Below, piece after piece: positions 1 through 6,412 of a DNA stretch of 13,102 nucleotides. Each line of letters opens with the position of its first letter. Positions within the stretch are counted from its first letter, which is position 1. The notes under the pieces were generated by a model. The model was not told where the DNA came from. It did no database searches and worked only from the letters and a program-made list of their open reading frames with translations. Location: NCBI GenBank assembly GCA_041492755.1, contig JBGPXN010000127.1:1-13102 (forward strand), read 5' to 3'. Source of the stretch: Candidatus Methylomirabilia bacterium (lineage in GTDB: Bacteria > Methylomirabilota > Methylomirabilia > Rokubacteriales > CSP1-6). A program made the translations under genes and the position numbers.

Positions 1-311
1 GGAAGCGGATGGCGCCGGCGAAGCCGGCGCTCGAACGGGTGGGATCGGGGGAGCGACCGCCGCTTCCGCCGATACCCCCACCGGCGGAACCGGAAGCGGA
101 TGGCGCCGGCGAAGCCGGCGCTCGGACGGGTGGGATCGGGGGGAGCGACCGCCGCTTCCGCCGATACCCCCACCGGCGGAGCCGGAAGCGGATGGCGCCG
201 GCGAAGCCGGCGCTCGAACGGGTGGATCGGGGGGAGCGACCGCCGCTTCCGCCGCTCCCCCCACCGGCGGAACCAGAAGCGGATGGCGCCGGCGAAGCCG
301 GCGCTCGAACG
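1..311. repeat. Tandem array of ~91-bp palindromic (REP/BIME-like) units: 1-91, 92-183, 184-274, partial 275-311; probably continues left of the window
   Basis: The unit GGAAGCGGATGGCGCCGGCGAAGCCGGCGCTCGAACGGGTGGGATCGGGGGAGCGACCGCCGCTTCCGCCGATACCCCCACCGGCGGAACC recurs with a few substitutions and 1-bp indels (91, 92, 91 bp). Each unit holds the hairpin GCGCCGGC-GAA-GCCGGCGC (12-30) and a second imperfect hairpin (38-82). There are no unique spacers. Confidence 0.93.
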
Positions 312-346
312 CGGTGAGACCGACGCTACGACGAAGGAAGACGGCC

Positions 347-379
347 ACAGGCGGCGCCGGCGCCGCCTGTTTGGTTTTT
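347..379 (+). terminator. Perfect 24-bp palindrome followed by a T-rich tract; intrinsic terminator-like
   Basis: ACAGGCGGCGCC|GGCGCCGCCTGT (347-370) is self-complementary and is followed by TTGGTTTTT (371-379). Confidence 0.5.
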
Positions 380-410
380 CGGGTCAGGCGGCTGGCGGGG
401 AGGTCGTGAC

Positions 411-788
411 ATGAGGCGAATGGTCGGAGTTTTCGGGGCTGGGCTCGCGCTCGGCGTCCTCGCGGTGTTGGCAGTGGGGCACGTCGGGCTCGTGGGGCCG
501 GCGGGGGCGGGCTCGGACGTGGCCGAGCGGGCGTTGCTCGACAACGATCGGGTGACGCTGATGGAGTACACGTTCCCGGCGGGGTTCAAGGGGGACGAGC
601 ACGCGGCGATCGCCGACGAGTTCGCGTACGTGCTGGACGGGGAGTTCAGCGTCGTCACCAAGGGACTGGGCAAGCGGGTCCTCCGGAAGGGCGAGCTCGA
701 GTATGCGGCCAAGGGGACCCTGCATTACTCCCTGAACGAATCGAAACGGCCGGCCCGGGTGCTGGTCGTCCTGTTGAAGGAGCGCTGA
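411..788 (+). CDS. Exported cupin-domain protein (125 aa)
   Basis: GGGAGG Shine-Dalgarno upstream of the ATG; basic plus hydrophobic N-terminal signal/anchor; cupin-like motifs 'LLDNDRV...GFKGDEHAAIADEFAYVLDGEFSV' and 'LRKGELEYAAKGTLHYSLNESKRPARVLVV'. Confidence 0.8.
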   Translation: MRRMVGVFGAGLALGVLAVLAVGHVGLVGPAGAGSDVAERALLDNDRVTLMEYTFPAGFKGDEHAAIADEFAYVLDGEFSVVTKGLGKRVLRKGELEYAAKGTLHYSLNESKRPARVLVVLLKER

Positions 789-790
789 AG

Positions 791-847
791 ATGATCTTCC
801 CGGTCGAGAACCGCGTGGGGGCCGCGCCGTCGGCCCGGAACGCATGA
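791..847 (+). CDS. Candidate 18-aa mini-ORF (MIFPVENRVGAAPSARNA) bridging the cupin gene and the thrC-like gene
   Basis: AAGGAG (777-782) lies 8 nt before ATG 791. The TGA at 845-847 overlaps the next gene's ATG at 844 (ATGA). 17 of 18 codons end in G/C. Confidence 0.35.
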   Translation: MIFPVENRVGAAPSARNA

Positions 848-2079
848 CCTTCGTCACCCACGTCGAGTGCTCGATCTGCGGCCATCATCACGACCCCAAG
901 CGCCTGCTCACCGTCTGCGATCGCTGCGGTCAGATGCTGGCCGTCCGCTACGACCTCGATCGGGTCGCCGCGCACGTCAGCAAGGACGCCCTGCGGGGGC
1001 GCGGTCCGGGGATGTACCGCTTCCGCGAGCTCACGCCGCTCGACGACGGCGAGGAGCCGATCACGCTCGGCGAAGGTAGCACGCCGCTCCTGTACCTGCC
1101 GCGGCTCGCCGCCCACTTCGGGCTGCGCCACGTCTGGGCCAAGGACGAGGGCCAGAATCCGACGGGAACGTTCAAGGCGCGCGGGCTCGGGATGGCGATC
1201 ACGCGCGCGCGGACCCTCGGGGCACGCGGCTTCCTCGTCCCGTCGGCGGGCAACGCCGGCGGCGCCGCCGCCGTGTACGCGGCGCGCGCGGGACTGCCGT
1301 GTGGCGTGATCGTCCCGCGCGGCACGCCGTCGGCCGCGATCGCCGAGGCGCAGATCGCCGGCGCGCACGTGTTCACCATCGAAGGCTCGATCGCGACCGC
1401 GGGCCGCATCGTGGCCCAGGCCGCGCCCGCGCTCGGCTGGTTCGATCTGTCCACGCTCAAGGAGCCGTACCGCCTCGAGGGCAAGAAGACGATGGGCCTC
1501 GAGCTGGCCGAGCAGTGCGGCTGGCAAACGCCGACCGTGCTGCTCTATCCCACCGGCGGCGGCACCGGACTGGTGGGGATCGCGAAGGCGTACGAAGAGC
1601 TCTCGTCGATGGGCTGGCTCGAGGGACGCTGGCCGCGCTTCATGGCGGTGCAGTCCGAAGGCTGCGCGCCCATCGTGAAGGCCTTCTCCGAGGGCGCCGA
1701 TCTGACCGCGCCCTGGCCCGATCCAGTCACCGCCGCCGCCGGACTGCGCGTGCCCTCACCGTTCGCGGGGCGCCAGATGCTCCACGTCCTGCGCCGCACC
1801 CACGGCGACGCCGTCGCCGTGTCCGATGCCGCCATCGCCGAGGCTCAGCGCTTGCTCGCCCAGTGCGAAGGCGTGTGGACGGCCCCCGAGGCCGCGGCCC
1901 TGGTTGCCGCTCTCCCCATGCTCCAGCTACGGGGAGAGGTCGAGCGCGAGGACCGCGTCGTCCTCATCCTCACCGGCGCCGGCATCAAAAATGACCCCCC
2001 CGCGCTCCCGTCGTCCACCGATCTCGAAGGCGACGACGACGCCATCGTCGCCCACGTCGTCCGCACACTCACGCGCTAA
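844..2079 (+). CDS. thrC: Threonine synthase-like fold-type II PLP enzyme with N-terminal Zn-ribbon (411 aa)
   Basis: CSIC...CDRC Zn-ribbon; 'ITLGEGSTPL'; PLP-lysine motif 'KDEGQNPTGTFKARG'; 'SAGNAG'; 'EPYRLEGKKTMGLELAEQ'; phosphate loop 'PTGGGTG'; C-terminal 'VVLILTGAGIK'. Confidence 0.85.
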   Translation: MTFVTHVECSICGHHHDPKRLLTVCDRCGQMLAVRYDLDRVAAHVSKDALRGRGPGMYRFRELTPLDDGEEPITLGEGSTPLLYLPRLAAHFGLRHVWAKDEGQNPTGTFKARGLGMAITRARTLGARGFLVPSAGNAGGAAAVYAARAGLPCGVIVPRGTPSAAIAEAQIAGAHVFTIEGSIATAGRIVAQAAPALGWFDLSTLKEPYRLEGKKTMGLELAEQCGWQTPTVLLYPTGGGTGLVGIAKAYEELSSMGWLEGRWPRFMAVQSEGCAPIVKAFSEGADLTAPWPDPVTAAAGLRVPSPFAGRQMLHVLRRTHGDAVAVSDAAIAEAQRLLAQCEGVWTAPEAAALVAALPMLQLRGEVEREDRVVLILTGAGIKNDPPALPSSTDLEGDDDAIVAHVVRTLTR

Positions 2080-2139
2080 CCCCCCGCCTCACGGTCGTCA
2101 CCGACCGGTGACGTCGCCACGCGCAATGGGGAGGGGGGG

Positions 2140-2168
2140 GTGAAACCGCCCCCCGAGTTTGATAGCAT
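2140..2168 (+). promoter_or_regulatory. Putative sigma70 promoter of the EF-G paralogue
   Basis: -35-like GTGAAA (2140-2145), 17-bp spacer, extended -10 TG-A-TAGCAT (2160-2168). A GGGAGG SD precedes ATG 2204. The -35 lies within a G-run/C-run hairpin (2133-2154). Confidence 0.4.
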
Positions 2169-2203
2169 CTGCGCCACTTAGCGCGCGTCTCGGGAGGCCT
2201 TGA

Positions 2204-4288
2204 ATGACCATCGAGATCGGCAAGATCCGGAACGTCGGTGTCGTCGGACACGGGGGCGTGGGCAAGACCTCGCTGGTGGAGGCGATGCTCTTCACGGCGG
2301 GCGCGGTGACCCGCCTCGGCAAGGTGGACGACGGTACGACCACCACCGACTTCGACCCCGACGAGATCCGGCGCAAGATCTCGATCAACACCGCCGTGGC
2401 CTACGCCGACTGGAAGGGCCACCACGTCACGCTGGTCGACACGCCCGGATACGGCGACTTCATCGCGGAGGCGCGCGCCGCGCTCCGGGTGGTGGAGGCC
2501 GCGCTGGTGGTGGTCGACGCGGTGGCCGGCGTGCAGGTGCAGACGGAGAAGGTCTGGAAGTTCGCGCTCGAATACAACCTGCCGCGGGCCGTGGTGGTGA
2601 ATCGACTCGACCGGGAGCGCGCCGATTTCTTCCGGACGCTGGAATCGCTCAACCGGCGCCTGAAGGGCCGGCTGGTGCCGCTGCAGGTGCCGGTGGGCGA
2701 GGAGTCCGGCTTCCAGGGCTTCGTCGATCTCGTGCGCATGAAGGCGACCGTCTTCGCCGACGGCCGGCCGAAGGAGACCGACATTCCGGCGGATCTCGCG
2801 GACCGCGCCCGGGAGTATCGCGAGAAGCTGGTGGAGGCGGCCGCCGAGACCGACGACGAGCTGCTCAACAAGTACCTGGAGGAAGGCTCGCTCGGCGAGG
2901 CCGAGATGCTCAAGGCCCTGCGGGCCGGCATCGCTCAGGGCAAGATCGTCCCCGTGGTGACCGCCTCGGCCGTCAAGAACATCGGCAGCACGGCGCTCCT
3001 GGACCTCATCGTCGAGTCGTTCCCGTCGCCCGCCGACCGCGGCGAGGTCAGCGGTACCGACACCAAGACCAAGCAGGAGGCGACGCGCGCGCCCGACGCC
3101 ACGGCCCCGCTGAGCGCGCTCGTCTTCAAGACCCTCAACGATCCGCACGTCGGCAAGCTCTCGTTCTTCCGCGTCTACAGCGGCACGCTGCGGGCGGACT
3201 CCAACGTGCTCAACGTCACGCGCGGGGCCAGGGAGCGCATGGGCCACATCTCCTGGATGCAGGGCAAGACGCCGAAGGCCGTCGAGGCGCTCGGACCCGG
3301 CGAGATCGGCGTGGTGGCCAAGCTCAAGGAGACCCTCACCGGCGACAGCCTGAGCGACGAGGCGCATCCGCTGGAGCTGCCGCGTATCACGTTCCCGGAG
3401 CCGGCCATCTCCTTCGCCATCCAGCCCAAGACCCGGGGCGACGAGGACAAGATCTCCACCGCGCTGGCCCGCATCGGGGAGGAGGATCCGACCATCCACT
3501 ACCACTTCGACCCGGAGACCAAGCAGCTCCTGGTCGCCGGAGTGGGCAGCATGCACGTCGAGATGGTGGTGGAGCGCATGAAGCGCAAGTACAACGTCGA
3601 CGTGACCATGCTCCCGCCGCGCATCCCGTACAAAGAGACGGTCAAGGGGCGTGCGGAGGGGCAGGGCAAGTACAAGAAGCAGACGGGTGGTCGAGGGCAG
3701 TACGGCGACACGTGGCTGCGCGTCGAGCCGATGACCCGCGGCGGAGGCCTCGAGTTCGTGGACGATATCTTCGGCGGCGCGGTCCCGCGCAACTTCATCC
3801 CCTCGGTCGAGAAGGGCGTGCGCGAGTGCATGAAGAAGGGCATCCTCGCCGGCTATCCCGTGGTCGACCTCAAGGTCACGCTCTACGACGGGTCCTATCA
3901 CGACGTCGACTCGTCCGACATGGCGTTCCAGATCGCCGCGTCCATTGGGCTCCAGAAGGTGTTCATGGACGCCCACCCGATCTTGCTGGAGCCGATCGTG
4001 AACGTGGAGGTGACGACGCCGTCCGACGTCGCCGGCGACATCATCGGCGACATGAACTCGCGGCGCGGTCGCATCGTGGGCATGGAGCCGTCCGGCGAGA
4101 CGGCGAGCGTGCGCGCCCAGGTGCCGATGTCCGAGATGCTGACGTACGAGCCGAGCCTGCGCTCGATGACCGGCGGGCGCGGCGGCTACTCCATGGAGTT
4201 CTCACATTACGAGGAAGTGCCCGCCTTCATCGCGGAGAAGGTCATCAAAGAGACCAAGACGGAGAAGGAGAAAGCCGAAAAGCACTGA
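2204..4288 (+). CDS. fusA: Elongation factor G paralogue (EF-G2 / EFG-II type), 694 aa
   Basis: Full EF-G architecture: G1 GHGGVGKT, G2 RKISI, G3 DTPGYGDF, G4 NRLD, domain III 'EEDPT', domain IV 'KKQTGGRGQYG' and 'GSYHDVDSS', domain V 'LLEPI...GDMNSRRG...LRSMTGGRG'. It is not flanked by rpsG or tuf. Confidence 0.93.
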   Translation: MTIEIGKIRNVGVVGHGGVGKTSLVEAMLFTAGAVTRLGKVDDGTTTTDFDPDEIRRKISINTAVAYADWKGHHVTLVDTPGYGDFIAEARAALRVVEAALVVVDAVAGVQVQTEKVWKFALEYNLPRAVVVNRLDRERADFFRTLESLNRRLKGRLVPLQVPVGEESGFQGFVDLVRMKATVFADGRPKETDIPADLADRAREYREKLVEAAAETDDELLNKYLEEGSLGEAEMLKALRAGIAQGKIVPVVTASAVKNIGSTALLDLIVESFPSPADRGEVSGTDTKTKQEATRAPDATAPLSALVFKTLNDPHVGKLSFFRVYSGTLRADSNVLNVTRGARERMGHISWMQGKTPKAVEALGPGEIGVVAKLKETLTGDSLSDEAHPLELPRITFPEPAISFAIQPKTRGDEDKISTALARIGEEDPTIHYHFDPETKQLLVAGVGSMHVEMVVERMKRKYNVDVTMLPPRIPYKETVKGRAEGQGKYKKQTGGRGQYGDTWLRVEPMTRGGGLEFVDDIFGGAVPRNFIPSVEKGVRECMKKGILAGYPVVDLKVTLYDGSYHDVDSSDMAFQIAASIGLQKVFMDAHPILLEPIVNVEVTTPSDVAGDIIGDMNSRRGRIVGMEPSGETASVRAQVPMSEMLTYEPSLRSMTGGRGGYSMEFSHYEEVPAFIAEKVIKETKTEKEKAEKH

Positions 4289-4297
4289 GGTAAGGGG

Positions 4298-5224
4298 CTA
4301 GCGGCCGCGCAGGCGGGGGTCCAGCACGTCGCGCAGGGCGTCGCCGAGCATGTTGAATCCGAAGACGGCCAGGGAAATGGCGACCCCCGGCCACACCGCC
4401 ATCCACGGCGCGCGGAACATGTACGTGCGCCCGGATCCGGAGAGCATCGCCCCCCACGAGGGATAGGGCGGCGGCACGCCGAACCCGAGGAAGGACAGGG
4501 CGGACTCGGCGAGGATCACGCCGCCGAGACCGATGGTGGCCACGATGATGATGGTGGCCGTGACGTTCGGCAGGATGTGCCAGATCAGGATGCGCAGGTG
4601 CCCGCAGCCCATGGCGCGGGCCGCTTCCACGTAGACGTTCTGGGCCACCGCGATGGTGGCGCCGCGAATCACCCGCGAATTGATGGCGGCGACGATCACG
4701 GCGAGCGACAGCACGACGTTCAAGAGCCCCGGGCCCAGCACCGCCATCACCGACAGGATGATCACCAGGTACGGGAACGACATCCACGCGTCGACCAGGC
4801 GCTGGAGCACGATGTCGTAGGCGCCGCCGAAGTAGCCGCTGGTGATGCCGATGACGCCGGCGAGCAGGATGCCGATCCCGATGGAGGCGAAGCCCACGGT
4901 CACCGAAATGCGGGCGCCGTAGACGATCCGGCTCCACATGTCGCGTCCGAGGTTGTCGGTGCCGAGCCAGAAGGCCATGCTGGGCGCCTTCATCCGCGCG
5001 CCCGGAATCGTCTCGTCGTAGGCGTAGGGCGCGATGTGCTCGGCGAAGATCGTCATGAGGAGCATGGCGATCACGATCACGCCCCCGATCGCGCCCAGCG
5101 GCTTGCGCCGCGCGAACCGCCAGAGCGCCATCAGTGGCCCGGTCCGCCGCGGCCGCCGGCCCCGCGCCGGTGTCGCCTCGGGGACCGGCGCGCTGACCAT
5201 CCCCACCGCCTGTCCGTTGCTCAC
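4298..5224 (-). CDS. Peptide/nickel ABC transporter permease (DppC/OppC family)
   Basis: 'WLGTDNLGRDMWSRIVYGARIS', EAA loop 'YVEAARAMGC', 'ILAESALSFLGFG', 'FNMLGDALRDVLDPR'. Start placed at GTG 5224 because an AAGGAG SD lies 11 nt upstream; ATG 5200 is the alternative. Confidence 0.92.
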   Translation of the reverse strand: MSNGQAVGMVSAPVPEATPARGRRPRRTGPLMALWRFARRKPLGAIGGVIVIAMLLMTIFAEHIAPYAYDETIPGARMKAPSMAFWLGTDNLGRDMWSRIVYGARISVTVGFASIGIGILLAGVIGITSGYFGGAYDIVLQRLVDAWMSFPYLVIILSVMAVLGPGLLNVVLSLAVIVAAINSRVIRGATIAVAQNVYVEAARAMGCGHLRILIWHILPNVTATIIIVATIGLGGVILAESALSFLGFGVPPPYPSWGAMLSGSGRTYMFRAPWMAVWPGVAISLAVFGFNMLGDALRDVLDPRLRGR

Positions 5225-5240
5225 GTGTTGCCCGGCTCCT

Positions 5241-5264
5241 TCCGAGCGCCGGCTTCGCCGGCGC
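5241..5264 (-). repeat. Solo copy of the REP-like hairpin core of the 1-311 array
   Basis: The reverse complement GCGCCGGCGAAGCCGGCGCTCGGA is identical over 24 bp to positions 103-126. Confidence 0.8.
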
Positions 5265-5279
5265 AACCCCGGGGGGAGG

Positions 5280-6224
5280 TTAATACCTTATCCGGGGGTC
5301 GAGGACGGCGTAGAGCGCGTCCACGACGAGGTTCATGAGCACGATGAACGACACGACCACGAGATTGACGCCCTGGATCACGGGATAGTCGCGCTGGTTG
5401 ATCGCGTCGAACAGGAAGCGGCTCATCCCGGGCAGCCCGAAGATCTGCTCGATGATGACGGTGCCGCCCAGGATCTGCGCGATCTGGATGCCGAGCACCG
5501 TGATGACGGGGATGATGGCGTTGCGCAGGCTGTGCTTGAAGACGATCACACTCTCGCGCAGCCCCTTGGCCCAGGCGGTGCGGACGTAGTCCTGGCGCAG
5601 AACCTCGAGCAGCATGCCGCGGGTCAACCGCATCAGCGCCGCCGCGGCCGCGATGCCGAGGATGACGGCGGGGAGGAAGAACTGGGTGACGTGGGTGACG
5701 GGATCCTTGCCGAACTCGGTGTAGCCGGTGAGGGGCCGCCAGCCCCACCAGATCGCCGGGAGCACGATCACCAGCGTGGCCAGCCAGAACCCGGGCATCG
5801 ACAACCCCAGGATGGCGGCGCTGCGGGCGACGTAGTCGCGCATGGTGTCCTGGCGCGTGGCCGAGATCACGCCGATCGGGATGGAGATCGCGACGGCGAC
5901 GACGGAGGCCCAGAACGCCAACTCGAGCGTGATGGGCAGGCGGCGGCCGATCTCTTCCAGCACCGGCCGCCTGGTCCAGAGCGACTCCCCGAGATCACCG
6001 CGCGCCACCCGGCCGAGCCACTCGAAGTACTGCACGTAGATCGGCCGGTCCAGCCCAAGCTTGGCCCGCAGCTCGTCCAGGTCCTTGGCATACGCCTTCT
6101 CCTCGAGCATGAGCTGCACCACGTCCCCCGGAATCAACCGCGGCAACGTGAACACGATGAGCGACGCGATCAACAGCGAAGGCACCGCCACGAACAACCG
6201 CTTCACCAAGTACCGCTTCAGCAC
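5280..6224 (-). CDS. Peptide/nickel ABC transporter permease (DppB/OppB family), 314 aa
   Basis: 'YLVKRL...PGD', 'LGLDRPIYVQYFEWL...GDLGESL', 'QDYVRTAWAKGL', 'HSLRNAIIPVIT', 'IEQIFGLPGM', 'RDYPVIQG', 'LDPRIRY'. Confidence 0.93.
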   Translation of the reverse strand: MLKRYLVKRLFVAVPSLLIASLIVFTLPRLIPGDVVQLMLEEKAYAKDLDELRAKLGLDRPIYVQYFEWLGRVARGDLGESLWTRRPVLEEIGRRLPITLELAFWASVVAVAISIPIGVISATRQDTMRDYVARSAAILGLSMPGFWLATLVIVLPAIWWGWRPLTGYTEFGKDPVTHVTQFFLPAVILGIAAAAALMRLTRGMLLEVLRQDYVRTAWAKGLRESVIVFKHSLRNAIIPVITVLGIQIAQILGGTVIIEQIFGLPGMSRFLFDAINQRDYPVIQGVNLVVVSFIVLMNLVVDALYAVLDPRIRY

Positions 6225-6289
6225 ACCGTCGCCCTACCGCCGCCCAAAACCGCCGAGCACCTGGTTCAGACGTGGGCCAACCTCGCGTC

Positions 6290-6412
6290 GCCGGCCGATC
6301 AAAACGGTGCAGATGCTAGGCGGCGACGAGCGACGACCGAGACGTGGCCCGGCCACGTCGCAGGGAGGAGCGAGGAGCCAACGACGCAGATGCGCCGTTT
6401 TCATCGGCCGGC
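6290..6412. mobile_element. ~123-bp non-coding element with ~27-bp imperfect terminal inverted repeats and an internal hairpin (MITE-like or structured RNA)
   Basis: GCCGGCCGATCAAAACGGTGCAGATGC (6290-6316) matches the reverse complement of GCAGATGCGCCGTTTTCATCGGCCGGC (6386-6412) at 23/27 positions. Internal inverted repeat GACGTGGCC-C-GGCCACGTC at 6341-6359. The right end abuts CTAG, which contains the SBP stop codon. Confidence 0.55.

Noticed and set aside
1..311. CRISPR array
   Set aside because: The whole ~91-bp unit is repeated. The sequence between the hairpin cores is near-identical rather than unique spacers, and no cas genes are present in the window.
9..414. ORFs 9..317 and 100..414 as proteins
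   Set aside because: They are translations of the repeat; unit lengths of 91/92 bp shift frame between copies and give low-complexity products.
2096..2113. Hairpin CGTCACC-GACC-GGTGACG after thrC as an intrinsic terminator
   Set aside because: 7-bp stem but no T tract; too weak to call.
2069..3976. 635-aa minus-strand ORF and the 697-aa ORF at 2200..4293
   Set aside because: Antisense and alternate-frame shadows of the EF-G gene, expected at this GC content; no recognisable motifs.
5225..5266. N-terminal extension of the DppC-like ORF to 5266
   Set aside because: It runs through the REP hairpin; an SD supports GTG 5224 instead.
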